From the IMG/VR virus record IMGVR_UViG_3300020048_000048, positions 1 to 64,000 of that record: DNA of 64,000 nucleotides; one strand, given 5' to 3'. The position numbers and the translations under genes are program-made. This document shows, in pieces, positions 9,053-19,500 of the stretch. The notes beneath the pieces are model-generated. The model was not told the DNA's origin. It was given only the letters and a program-made list of their open reading frames with translations, and did no database searches. Origin of the DNA: a virus. Positions within the stretch are counted from its first letter, which is position 1. Each line of letters opens with the position of its first letter.

Positions 9053-9636
9053 TGGATGCGTCCTCCAGTCGCAATGACCGCCTTTTCAATATCTTCAAGA
9101 TTGTACAAAATCTCGTTAAAGTCTTTTGACTTTATATCAAAGCCATAATATTTAAAATCAATAGAAATTATTTGGTCATTAAGTAGAATTGTAATTTTTG
9201 AAACCTCTTTCTCTTGTTCATCATGTTTAAAGTTGTTAAAATTTGTTGTCTTTACCTTCTTATCTGAAGTTGTGTACTCTATTTCATCAATAAAATACGA
9301 ACTCAAATCCGCCTCGCCATAATCTTCACGCTTAACCTTCAGCCCAAACAACACACCTTTCAGTAACTTTAACTTCTTTACAGAAGTTATGATATTCTCA
9401 TCTTCCCTTATAGCATCTTCAAGAAGATTTGCAAGCTTTATTTTCAATTCCTTTGCCTGTTTTTTTAACTTCATCTTTACAATGGGTTTAAGTTTTTTTA
9501 CAACTTTCGTTATGTTGCCTTCCTCATCTTGGTAGAACCCTTCTGTAACTGTATCCCAGTCAACAAAACCAACACTGATATTCTTTGCGTTTAAAATCTC
9601 TTCTGGGATTATTCTTGTAACATACATACGCACCAC
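9049..9636 (-). CDS. Hypothetical protein
   Basis: 195-aa ORF after a sigma28-like promoter. Confidence 0.6.
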   Translation of the reverse strand: MVRMYVTRIIPEEILNAKNISVGFVDWDTVTEGFYQDEEGNITKVVKKLKPIVKMKLKKQAKELKIKLANLLEDAIREDENIITSVKKLKLLKGVLFGLKVKREDYGEADLSSYFIDEIEYTTSDKKVKTTNFNNFKHDEQEKEVSKITILLNDQIISIDFKYYGFDIKSKDFNEILYNLEDIEKAVIATGGRIQ

Positions 9637-9659
9637 CTTTCTTTTTTAGCCTAACTTAC

Positions 9660-9686
9660 TTAACGGCAGTTTTAAAAAAAACTTTA
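9660..9686 (-). promoter_or_regulatory. sigma28-like promoter
   Basis: TAAAGTTT-N11-GCCGTTAA. Confidence 0.75.
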
Positions 9687-9714
9687 AAATAATATTAAAG
9701 AAGGGGATTTTATC

Positions 9715-9996
9715 ATGATTATCACAACATTAGATGACTTACAAGATTTTATCGTTAAAAAGTTACTAAAAGAGCAATTAAACTTACAATCTTTAGAATT
9801 TTCACTTTTAAAAAACAATATCAAAAAGAGTCATTTTAGGGAAATAATTACAGAACTTGACAAGTTTAACTTGAGAGACCGTGATTTGGAATTTCAATTA
9901 AACGATCTTGAATTTGAAGAACTTGAGCTTTTAAAAAAAATAGATAGTCAAAATAAACTTATTATGGAGCTTTTAACAAAATTTACGAAGTCTTAA
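9715..9996 (+). CDS. Hypothetical coiled-coil protein
   Basis: 93-aa ORF; TAAAATAA at 9685-9692. Confidence 0.55.
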   Translation: MIITTLDDLQDFIVKKLLKEQLNLQSLEFSLLKNNIKKSHFREIITELDKFNLRDRDLEFQLNDLEFEELELLKKIDSQNKLIMELLTKFTKS

Positions 9997-10276
9997 GAAA
10001 CGTTATAAAAATAACATCATCTTCGTGTAAAGTTTCCTCATAAAGTTTTCCACCCCAAGAAACCCGACTCCCGTCAATAGTCACATCATCATTTACAATA
10101 GCAGTGTCTCCACCTAAAACATCAACTGAAATAATAGAAATACCAGTTTCTGGTAAATCAATATATTTGTTTGAAATATCTTCAGCAGTTAGTGCTTTTT
10201 TGAATCTTAAAACTTGAACATTCGCAATGGGTGAAATAACTCCACCACCAGAACCTGACCAATATGCCATTTTCAC
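9983..10276 (-). CDS. Putative small virion (fibre-associated) protein
   Basis: LTAEDISNKYIDLP...LHEDDVIFITF beta domain; coupled to the neck gene. Confidence 0.4.
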   Translation of the reverse strand: MKMAYWSGSGGGVISPIANVQVLRFKKALTAEDISNKYIDLPETGISIISVDVLGGDTAIVNDDVTIDGSRVSWGGKLYEETLHEDDVIFITFLKTS

Positions 10277-11079
10277 TTCCTCCTTTTTTCAAATTCTTGT
10301 ATCATAACAGTAATATCATAAAAACTAATTGCATCACTGTCTTGGTATAAAGTTGACAAGCTTCCAATACAATACTGCGGTGCATATAGTGTTTCCCTTG
10401 TGTCGGCTCCATGACCTGTCTTATTACTTTGAATTAACCTTACAGAGTGAGGTGCCCTTTCAATAACAAACATCATAGGGTGTTCATAGACAATGGACAT
10501 CACTTCTCCATCTGGAACTGTCGTATCAAACTCGATTTGACCATTTACAATTTCAAAATCAATATATCTATCAAGTCTCCCTTTTGATTTACAGCATAAA
10601 TAGTCCACATCATTACACCAATACCTTAACTTATGATTCTTTGCCTTATATTCAAAAACTTCAGCACTCATTGTTGTGTATTCAGGGTTTAACACCAACA
10701 AATCATTAGGTCTTAATATTGCTCTTTTTTTGTCGATATATTGTCCGTTTACATGCAACGCCACCGATCCATTTTGGGACAAGCTCATGAGAGTTAATGA
10801 ATCGTTTATTTCAAAAGATTGTGTCACAACCATTATTGGTCGTACATCGTAATATACAAATTGGTGCGACCTTCCTTCTCTTTCTAAATCCAAAGCTCCA
10901 TCAATTGATTCTCGTCTGTACTCAAGAGCATGTGGAATGTGGAATGCTAACATCCCCTTTGTTTCTAATAAGCTTAAAACACCGTCGACATTAAAAGAAG
11001 CAACTGGAGCTTTTGAAGGTATTGGACCTAATCCGACCAGACCACTTGTTTTATTTTTATCAAATCCAAGTCCAGCCAT
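10273..11079 (-). CDS. Putative head-closure/neck protein
   Basis: 268 aa, beta-rich, SIVYEHPMMFVI motif like large-myovirus neck proteins. Confidence 0.4.
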   Translation of the reverse strand: MAGLGFDKNKTSGLVGLGPIPSKAPVASFNVDGVLSLLETKGMLAFHIPHALEYRRESIDGALDLEREGRSHQFVYYDVRPIMVVTQSFEINDSLTLMSLSQNGSVALHVNGQYIDKKRAILRPNDLLVLNPEYTTMSAEVFEYKAKNHKLRYWCNDVDYLCCKSKGRLDRYIDFEIVNGQIEFDTTVPDGEVMSIVYEHPMMFVIERAPHSVRLIQSNKTGHGADTRETLYAPQYCIGSLSTLYQDSDAISFYDITVMIQEFEKRRK

Positions 11080-11486
11080 TAGTTCACCCCAAAGAAAACA
11101 ATCTCATTATTGTTAACAAAAGAGATCCACACTTGGTTGTGCTTTATAAGTTTGTACTCATAACCATCTCTTGGTTGAGTGTACATGATTCCTATCGGCT
11201 CTTTACAAAACAATCCTTCAAAAGGTTTTACAATATTTGAAGAACTAAATTTATGTGAAAATACTCTTTGTAAAAGTATTTTGTCAACAAGGTGTTGGAG
11301 TTCTTCTTGTTGCGGTAATTTATAAAAATCACTTACAATAAAATTAAGCACGTTAAAACTTTTTAAAATACTTCCTGTTGTAAGTAAATTTTCGTTACTT
11401 CTAAAAGATTGTGGGATTTTATTTTCAGGAACATCAACTTTTAAAGAATCATCCGAAATTATTAAAAACATAAAACTCTCCATCAA
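11079..11486 (-). CDS. Hypothetical protein
   Basis: ORF within an operon. Confidence 0.5.
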   Translation of the reverse strand: MMESFMFLIISDDSLKVDVPENKIPQSFRSNENLLTTGSILKSFNVLNFIVSDFYKLPQQEELQHLVDKILLQRVFSHKFSSSNIVKPFEGLFCKEPIGIMYTQPRDGYEYKLIKHNQVWISFVNNNEIVFFGVN

Positions 11487-11793
11487 AAACTCGTTTAGAT
11501 ATTTCTCTTGTTATTTTAAAATGTTTTGGTATATAAACTGGTCTACCAAAAAACTCACTTAAACTTTTTAAAACACTTTCATCAGGAATAACACACAACA
11601 GCTCGTCCAACAACACAACTTTATTTGGTTTTATTTGAAACTTAATAAGAATATTTGTATATTGGTTTTCCTCTGTGACGTTTTTAAAAAATTCATCATC
11701 AGCTTCTCTTAGAATATCAAGCTTGTGATGGAATGTTAAAAACTGAGTAACTTCGTCTTCACTTACAAAGATGTTTTTATAAGGTGCAATCAT
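11449..11793 (-). CDS. Hypothetical protein
   Basis: ORF coupled to the upstream zinc-ribbon gene. Confidence 0.5.
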   Translation of the reverse strand: MIAPYKNIFVSEDEVTQFLTFHHKLDILREADDEFFKNVTEENQYTNILIKFQIKPNKVVLLDELLCVIPDESVLKSLSEFFGRPVYIPKHFKITREISKRVFDGEFYVFNNFG

Positions 11794-11978
11794 TTCTTTT
11801 TCCTTTTGTAATCTGTGTCGTGAAACCCGTCACACAAATATTCAACATGAGTTGTTAATGCACCATAATTGATGTGGACTTTTTTCCCACAATTTGGACA
11901 GTCGTGAGCTGTTGGTTCTTTTTCAATTCTCTCAAAAATATACTCGCACTCATCGCAAACGTATTCATACAATGGCAT
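11790..11978 (-). CDS. FmdB-family zinc-ribbon protein
   Basis: MPLYEYVCDEC...CPNCG...GFHDTDY; GGAGG RBS. Confidence 0.8.
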   Translation of the reverse strand: MPLYEYVCDECEYIFERIEKEPTAHDCPNCGKKVHINYGALTTHVEYLCDGFHDTDYKRKKK

Positions 11979-11990
11979 AACAAGACCTCC

Positions 11991-13361
11991 TTAAAAATGA
12001 TAAAGTACAGGTTGAAACCCATACTTATAACCTTCTTCAAAATACCCTAAATGTTCCGTTCCAATCGTGTTTTCATTCAAAAATACATGTTCGACATTTG
12101 TATTTTCAAAATTAACCACATAAACCACCATTCCTTTGTCCGTAAATCGTCTAAATCCTGCTTTACATTTTTTATATTCCCCATTAAACAAAGAGTATCC
12201 TTTAAAAAATGGATGTGAAAGAAGTTTTAACAACTTTTCATTAACATTATTTTCAATACAAATTTGAATAAAACAGTGTTTTTGCCATGGTGACATGTGC
12301 TCATAAGCATTAAATAAGTAAAGGTTTTTTTCAATCAATTCTTTTGACGACATGAAAAACATTTTACTCAAAAAAACATCAGGGTTAATACTTAAATCAT
12401 TTTTTTGAACAAAAATACAATCAAAAGAAGATTTGTTTACCAGTGACATTTCCATTGGTTTAAAGTCACTGTCATCAAGTTGCTCAAGGAAATGTGTTTT
12501 TGTTTTTGCGTTAGAATACAAAGCATCAACAATTTTAAAATCTTCATTGATAAAAAACTTTACTTGACCAAAATCATCTTTAGCGAAAAATTCATTTGGA
12601 TAACTAATTCCATAATGAAACCCGTCTAAATTAAAAACTTTTGGCTTCAGGTGTTTACTTACGATTAGATTAATAGTTTCGTCCATCTCCAATTTTACAC
12701 CAGATTGATGAAGCAAATAACACCATTCTGGAGATATTTTTAACTTTATTTGTTTAGCTTGTTTGTAAAAATTTTCCATTGTCAATTTTGTATACATTCT
12801 TAAAGGAACTTGAGACAATTCTTCCTCACCCCATCCTGAAAAATCTTGCTTTAACATTTTTCCATTTGCAGTAATAAGGTTGTTTAAGTTTAAATTAAGT
12901 TCATAATCTAAAAATTTATTGACCTGATTTGGATTAAAAAACCTTGAAACAAACTTTATCTCTTCGTTTGAAAGGTTTTTGAGATGTTTTTCAATCTCTT
13001 CAGGGAACTTACTGCAATAAATTTTCCAAACAAAAGACGGGGCACCTAATAAAAACTCATCGCTGTTCATATACTTATTAACAACTTCATCGTCAAAATC
13101 ATTCTCACTCACCAATGTAAGAGCTTTCCAATATTTCCCTGTTTTTAAATGATACCTTATTAGAATCTCTGGAAACTCAATCCATTCATCGGGGTTAAAA
13201 AAAGGGTGTGTAAATATTTCTTCACGACTTGCACCAATATCAATCCCGTCTTCTGGTAAGCAGTGATGATAAATGGAACTATCAATCTTATACATTGTTT
13301 TTAGCAATTGTTTATCCCATATAACCTGTGGGATAAAATGTCTTAATGAAAAAAAATCCAT
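11991..13361 (-). CDS. Hypothetical protein
   Basis: 456-aa ORF. Confidence 0.65.
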   Translation of the reverse strand: MDFFSLRHFIPQVIWDKQLLKTMYKIDSSIYHHCLPEDGIDIGASREEIFTHPFFNPDEWIEFPEILIRYHLKTGKYWKALTLVSENDFDDEVVNKYMNSDEFLLGAPSFVWKIYCSKFPEEIEKHLKNLSNEEIKFVSRFFNPNQVNKFLDYELNLNLNNLITANGKMLKQDFSGWGEEELSQVPLRMYTKLTMENFYKQAKQIKLKISPEWCYLLHQSGVKLEMDETINLIVSKHLKPKVFNLDGFHYGISYPNEFFAKDDFGQVKFFINEDFKIVDALYSNAKTKTHFLEQLDDSDFKPMEMSLVNKSSFDCIFVQKNDLSINPDVFLSKMFFMSSKELIEKNLYLFNAYEHMSPWQKHCFIQICIENNVNEKLLKLLSHPFFKGYSLFNGEYKKCKAGFRRFTDKGMVVYVVNFENTNVEHVFLNENTIGTEHLGYFEEGYKYGFQPVLYHF

Positions 13362-13370
13362 ACAATCCCC

Positions 13371-13799
13371 TTAAGGTAATGTTTCCACTAACTTTTGAAT
13401 ATAACTGTCAGGGTTAATTATCTGAAGAGCAGGGTTAATTTCCTTCTTATATAATATCAGATTGTGTTCATTCAAGTTACTCTTATACTCATCTATGTGA
13501 CCTAAAGTGGCATTATGTATCGCCAGTATTACTTGTAATGGTAAACTTTGGCTATAAGTGGACTCTTCGATAATCTTTCCACCACGCATATTGATAGTTG
13601 CTTTTTCAAAAATATGTGTTGGAAATTTGAGTTTGATGTTTGAAACAATAGTTACGAAGTCCATATCATCCTCTGTAATCTTCCAAAACAACCTAAATAT
13701 TCTTTTCTTTAAAGTATTAAATTGAATATTTGAAGAAGATGGTATCACAGAGATATAATGAAAGTCTGGCTTTTCTGAAAAGTACAAAACTCTACTCAT
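13371..13799 (-). CDS. Hypothetical protein
   Basis: 142-aa ORF with GAGG RBS. Confidence 0.55.
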   Translation of the reverse strand: MSRVLYFSEKPDFHYISVIPSSSNIQFNTLKKRIFRLFWKITEDDMDFVTIVSNIKLKFPTHIFEKATINMRGGKIIEESTYSQSLPLQVILAIHNATLGHIDEYKSNLNEHNLILYKKEINPALQIINPDSYIQKLVETLP

Positions 13800-14235
13800 G
13801 GTTTTCGTCCTCTTTTATTTCCCCTTTTACCGCTTCTCCATATGAAGTAAGCACTTTTATTATCAAGTCTAAATCAATAATTCCCATTCCCCCATTAACC
13901 CACCAATCAGGAGATTCAATAACACGGCTATTGAAAGTGAGAAGTTCTGTAAATAAAAACTCCGTACTTTCATTTGGTGGTATTATTTCTATAGTTTTGT
14001 CTACAACTTTTTGACACAATTCTTTATCAGGTATTATCTCCAACATTTTCTCAACGAATTTTTGAACATCATACCAAGGTGTTGAGTCGTTTTTTCTCAA
14101 CTCTTTTTTTAACTTTTGGGAAAATTGGTGTTCTTCTCCAAAGGTTAAATATTTCTTCATCACAAAAACACCTTGATACTCTTTTTTTGTTTTTTGACCA
14201 ATATGATCAATACTTATCACAATCTCGTTTTCCAT
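13792..14235 (-). CDS. Putative tail assembly chaperone
   Basis: GQKTKKEYQGVFVMKKYLT...IESPDWW...IDLDLIIKV pattern. Confidence 0.5.
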   Translation of the reverse strand: MENEIVISIDHIGQKTKKEYQGVFVMKKYLTFGEEHQFSQKLKKELRKNDSTPWYDVQKFVEKMLEIIPDKELCQKVVDKTIEIIPPNESTEFLFTELLTFNSRVIESPDWWVNGGMGIIDLDLIIKVLTSYGEAVKGEIKEDENHE

Positions 14236-14260
14236 AAAACCCTCCTACTTACTAATTCAC

Positions 14261-14287
14261 TTAACGGCATTTTTAAAAAAAACTTAA
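14261..14287 (-). promoter_or_regulatory. sigma28-like promoter
   Basis: TTAAGTTT-N11-GCCGTTAA. Confidence 0.7.
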
Positions 14288-15576
14288 ATATTTATCACAA
14301 TCTCTTCATTTAATAAATTCCCAGAACTTACTAAAAACCTAATTCTTAAAACAGTGCCCTCTCTTGTTATTGAAGAGACTGAAGCTTTTTGAACCCTTGG
14401 ATCAACTTTAATTGCAGACACAATTGTATTAGCAATTTCTAAATCGATATTCCCATTTGCAGGAACCCTTCCTATTAAATCTGGTACTCCATAATTTCCA
14501 TGAAAAGAAAGTTCTCCTCTTTCTGTTAAAAGAATATTGTCGATAATTTGGTATAAAAAACCTAAACCAGCAACTTTTACAAAGTTCCCATTCTTAATTT
14601 CCCATGTTGAAGCAATATCTGTATAAAATTCTGCGTCTGGTGTTGCGTTTTCTGTAGGGATTTTTATCACAGAAGATTCATGTACAGTATTTGGTGCAAC
14701 ATAATATATGCTAAAGTTTCCAGTAAATGGTACATCTTCTGTAAAAGTTATAACATCTTGGTTTGAAGAAATATGGTCAACCTTCATTGTAACATACTCC
14801 TTTTTCTTCAACATAATACTATCCCCAAATTTATATTGGTTTGGCTTTATTGTTATGGATTTTTTATTGTAACCTAAAACATTGATAAAAATTGGCTCAA
14901 AAACGTAAGGAGGTCTTAATTTGTTTAATACAACCAAGTCATACCACTTGTCTTGGCTCCCTAAATATTTTTTTGCCATAAACTCTAAAGATACTTCAAA
15001 AGGAACTTCTTTTAAACCCTTCCATGAAATTCCATAAACCTCTTGGAGATTTTGAGAAGAAGGCTTTTGATTAAACAAATAATTTGTAAGAGACCTTTTT
15101 ATATCTAAAAGCTCAGAAACCAAAACCCAATCACTAACATCTGGACTTTTACTTCTATCGAAATATTTTCTATAGTTTTTTATTGAAGTTACTGTTTTAT
15201 TATTACTTCCGTTTAATTGTTCAATTGCTTCAATAACATTGTCTATTTCCTGTATCCATTTCTTTATTTCAGCAGTGCTTGTATTTTTGTATTTATCAAC
15301 CTTTTTTTGAACAATATTATTATATGTATAACTTGTTAATCCTAATTCGTTAACTTTAATTGTTTGAAAATAACTTTCATATTTTTCGTCCTTTAAAGAA
15401 CTTAGTTGTCCAGAATTTAAAACAGAATCAATATCGACTTGTAAGGGGTGGGATGTTTTCCCTTTAAGTTTAAAAATATCATCTGTTTCAAAAAGTTCAT
15501 GAAAACAATCTAATGTTAGTTCCGAGTTACTAATACATTGAAAAAAAAACTTTACTTTTTTTACAATTAAAATCAT
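14284..15576 (-). CDS. Baseplate protein with a LysM-like segment and a C-terminal gp25/GPW-like wedge domain
   Basis: SLEFMAKKYLGSQDKWYDLVVLNKLRPPY; LLTERGELSFHGNYG...KVDPRV. Confidence 0.7.
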   Translation of the reverse strand: MILIVKKVKFFFQCISNSELTLDCFHELFETDDIFKLKGKTSHPLQVDIDSVLNSGQLSSLKDEKYESYFQTIKVNELGLTSYTYNNIVQKKVDKYKNTSTAEIKKWIQEIDNVIEAIEQLNGSNNKTVTSIKNYRKYFDRSKSPDVSDWVLVSELLDIKRSLTNYLFNQKPSSQNLQEVYGISWKGLKEVPFEVSLEFMAKKYLGSQDKWYDLVVLNKLRPPYVFEPIFINVLGYNKKSITIKPNQYKFGDSIMLKKKEYVTMKVDHISSNQDVITFTEDVPFTGNFSIYYVAPNTVHESSVIKIPTENATPDAEFYTDIASTWEIKNGNFVKVAGLGFLYQIIDNILLTERGELSFHGNYGVPDLIGRVPANGNIDLEIANTIVSAIKVDPRVQKASVSSITREGTVLRIRFLVSSGNLLNEEIVINI

Positions 15577-16559
15577 ACATTACCCCCACCCAAAACAGAG
15601 TCTATAAGTTTGTTTGTCAAATTTCCACTTAAAGCATCTGCAATTAGTTTTCCTGTTTTATTTAGAACAGCAGTGTAAGAAAATGTTCTTATCATTCCCA
15701 AATCACCTTCAAAACGATCTGTTTCTAAGTAGTCGCCTAAACCTTCCATAGAATTTAAATCCCAACCCTGAAAAGCAATACTATACCTATACAAAAAAGG
15801 TGAGTCTTTTGATTTAGATATTAGAAAATTTCTTAAAACAACTTGGAAAGAGTGGTCATCTTTTACATTATTAAAATACAACTTATAATTTTGTGGCTTT
15901 TTACTTTTTAAAAGAGAATATGCATGTAAAAATTTATGGAACAAATGGATTTCTGTATACCCATTTGCTTTCATATTTACAGCATTGTAATTTTGCATAG
16001 GGAACGTTCCCGCTACAGAATTTAAAATATCATAAGCGTCTTTTTTTATAAGATCTTTTACCGTATTGATTACAAATTCACCCTTTTGTGCAACACCAGA
16101 AACAAGTCCTAAATTTTTAATAACACCTCTGAATTTTTCTGATGGAGCGGTGGAATCCATAACATTACTTGTTTCCACAATTCCAAAATCCTCTCTATTT
16201 GTTGCAATTCCTGTTGTTCCTGATAAATTAATTTGATGAAAAATATTAAAAGAAGTTTCTTCCACAACTCCGTCCAAAGTAGGCGTTACACTACTTGCAG
16301 GAATCATACTTGTTTGAAGTGATTCTGGAGGAATTGGTAATGAATATATAAACCTTTGATACTTGTCTTGTTTTTCAGGATCGTCAAAATATCGAACCTC
16401 AATTTCATATGGAAACTGTTTGTACCAATTTTTCCCTTCTTTTAGTTCATAATTAAATTTTCCAGAATCAGCCCTAAATGCTTCTTTTAATAAATCTTCT
16501 GCTTGAGATTTGGGTTCAGCAAAAAGACTTCCACCAACATCATCAATTGCGATTGCCAT
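15573..16559 (-). CDS. Putative baseplate hub/tail-tube initiator
   Basis: LPIPPESLQ...PTLDGVVEE...INLSGTTG...SKDSPFLYRYSI; follows the tape measure gene. Confidence 0.55.
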   Translation of the reverse strand: MAIAIDDVGGSLFAEPKSQAEDLLKEAFRADSGKFNYELKEGKNWYKQFPYEIEVRYFDDPEKQDKYQRFIYSLPIPPESLQTSMIPASSVTPTLDGVVEETSFNIFHQINLSGTTGIATNREDFGIVETSNVMDSTAPSEKFRGVIKNLGLVSGVAQKGEFVINTVKDLIKKDAYDILNSVAGTFPMQNYNAVNMKANGYTEIHLFHKFLHAYSLLKSKKPQNYKLYFNNVKDDHSFQVVLRNFLISKSKDSPFLYRYSIAFQGWDLNSMEGLGDYLETDRFEGDLGMIRTFSYTAVLNKTGKLIADALSGNLTNKLIDSVLGGGNV

Positions 16560-16561
16560 TA

Positions 16562-19500
16562 TTAACCCCCTGCATTAAAATTTTTAGCGGAACTCATACC
16601 TTCACGAACAGCCTCTGCAAATTTTGTTTTTACAGTTTCTGAAATATCAGAAATATAAGATGTTTTATTTTCTTGTAAGTCAAAAACACCAAGTTGAGCA
16701 CCCATGACATCGCCCTTAGTGATTTGAGAAAGGTCTGATGTTTTCCAATTATCTTTCGTAATCTTTTGCATACTCCCAGATTTGTCAGTATATGAAAGTT
16801 CCGCTCCACCAAGCTTAAAATAACTAGCGATTTCCTCTACACCCGCCGTTTGTGAAGTTGACATTCCCGAATCAGTTTGAAGCCTATTGTAAAATTTCTG
16901 ACGTGCCTGCTGATAAGGGTTAGCGTAATTTGCATTACCTTTATTAACAGCCTTTTCATACTCATCTTTTGACTCTTTCGTTGGGAATAATACGTTTGAA
17001 AGATGTGCAAAAGACTCCTCCGAACTCAGGCTCGCACCATCTTTTAACGAATTTTGAAGTTTCATTAATGTTGTTTTAAATTCCTGACCTTTGTATTGTT
17101 TTTTATAAGCCAAATCTTTAAGAGTGTTTAGGTCTTTCTTAAACGCACCTCCACTTACAGCATCAGCTTGCTCCATAAATTGTAACATTTGTACTTCTGA
17201 AATTTCAGCAACAATACTTTCCTCACTTACTCCTTTTCGTTTTGAAGCAAGTTTTAAACCTTCTTTAGCTAAAAACTCATCAGAACCGATAACAATATCT
17301 TTTTCATTTTTACCAATAAGTGATTTAAGACCTATTGCACCTATACGAGCTAAGCCAGCGGTTTCAGAAGCATTGCCGTACTGACCTAAATGAGAAGCCT
17401 TTAAAACGCCCATTAAACCTTCAGTTCCTGATGTCTTTTGCTCCAATCCTGCCAAACCTCTTTGAGCTTGTAACATTGACGCTACGGATTCTTCACCACC
17501 CATTAATTTTTGAGAAGTTGAAGATACATGTTTTAAAGCTTCTGCAACAGCCGTTGTTGAGGTTGTTTTTGCAATTTGACTTAATTCAGTTACAGCTCCA
17601 AAAAACCTTTGAGAGGTTTGCGCCTTGTCAAAACCTGCGGAAATAGATTCTGTCATAATCTCTTTCCACTTAGCAAGGTCTTCTGTTCTTGTAATTCCTT
17701 GTAGAGAGGAAACGTTGCCAGCAATTTGTTCCATAGACCCAAGACCAGCACGACTAGCTCTTATAAATTTTGTAGTTTCAGCTCCAGAAGCTTGACCACC
17801 TGCAATAGAAGAGGTTAAAGTATTTCTATAGTTTGCATAATCTGTAAAACTAAGTCCCATTTTTGCCAAACTGTCACCATGAGCATAAGTAATTTTATCC
17901 TGAGCTTCTTGTGTCTTTTGAAGTTGTTCTGCATTATGTTTTTTGACATTTTCTTCATTTGCTTTTGCCTGCATATATGCTGAATCAGTTCTTAAAGACT
18001 GTAATGTTGGTTTAAAGTTTTGAATAGAAATTTCAGCAACTCTGGAATTAAAATCTAAAGAATCTTCGCCTTTATTTGGATTTATTTTATCGAACTGTTC
18101 TTTTGTTATAAATCCTTTTGAAAAAAGGTCACTTGAAAAATAACCATATGTAGAAGTATTTTTACCTAAAGCAAGTGCTTTGTGAATTACTGTTTTAGCA
18201 ACACTTCCAATCCCATTTGCAATCTGTTCACCAAAATTTGCTGAGTCATCTAATGATGTTATAGTTCTATCACGATGGCTTGTTTGATTTATAGCGTCTT
18301 TTGATATTTGTGAAATATTAGAATTTATTTTGTTTACCTTATCTTCCGTTTCTTTTATTACTAAAGCATCTTTTAAAGAAATTTGCTTTATTTCTGGGAA
18401 TTGTCCTTTCATTGCTTTATTTGAGTCAGTTGGAACGTTCATTCCTTCAACTTTTGTGGTTTGTCCTAAAGAGGGGAATTGTCCTTTCATTGCTTTATTT
18501 GAGTCAGTTGGAACGTTCATTCCTTCAACTTTTGTGGTTTGTCCTAAAGAGGGGAATTGTCCTTTCATTGCTTGATTTGAATCAGTTGGAACGTTCATTC
18601 CTTCAACTTTTGCGGTTTGTCCTAAAGAGGGGAATTGTCCTTTCATTGCTTTATTTGAGTCAGTTGGAACAGAAATATCTATTTCAGATCCTTTTTGTTT
18701 AATTTTTTCTTCATAAGTTTTTAAATCATTTAACTCGCCCATTTGCAAGTCAGACAATTTGAAACCTTTAGTTCCATAAGCATAACCACCTATAGAACTA
18801 ATCCACCCTTGAGAGGCTTTTATTGTTTCCATGTTTAAATCCAAACCCATGGACATTTTTCTTGCCTGTCTTGATTCCATTTCCAAATCTTGTAATTCAT
18901 TTGCTAACGATTTTTGCCTTGCTTCCCATTTTGTTGAAAATTGTTGCTTATTTCTTTCAGCAATACTACTTGCATCCTCACCTAAAAGAAGTTCTCCAGC
19001 AAAAGTTCCTGCTAAACCACCCTCTCTCATAGTTGATTGATTATTGCTGTATTGAGACAAATACCCACTTACAGTACTTGATAAACCCATTCCAGCGCCA
19101 ACAAAGGCACCCGCTGTTCCTCCAAATTTCCAGCCAGTAAGAGCCATTAAGGAAGTGTCCGTCAGACCCTTCCCTAAGTTTATTTGGGAAGCTGTTAATT
19201 CTTTTTGTTGAAAACTATATTCTCTTTCCAACATTTTCTGAGCATCAGCATCAGCAGTTTTGAAGCCATTTTGATTTAAATATTTACCTTCTACCCCAAG
19301 CATGTTTCCATACATACGAACAAGGTTTTCACCTCTTGTGGGATCTGCTTGAATCATTTCTCTTTTAAATAGAGCTGATTCACTTGTTGCCACATTTTGA
19401 GCAATTCTTGATTCACTAAACAAGTCAGGTCTTAAAGCAGTTAATTGACCGCCAACATAAGAACTGGCAACATTAAAACCCAAACTTGCAACACCAGCAA

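Noticed and set aside
18396-18670. Possible CRISPR mini-array (78-bp period)
   Set aside because: The whole unit is repeated, so the would-be spacers are near-identical; it is an in-frame coding repeat.
17124-19040. Antisense ORFs within the tape measure gene (similar ones at 38233, 60746, 61703)
   Set aside because: Antisense shadows of long genes with no RBS or promoter.
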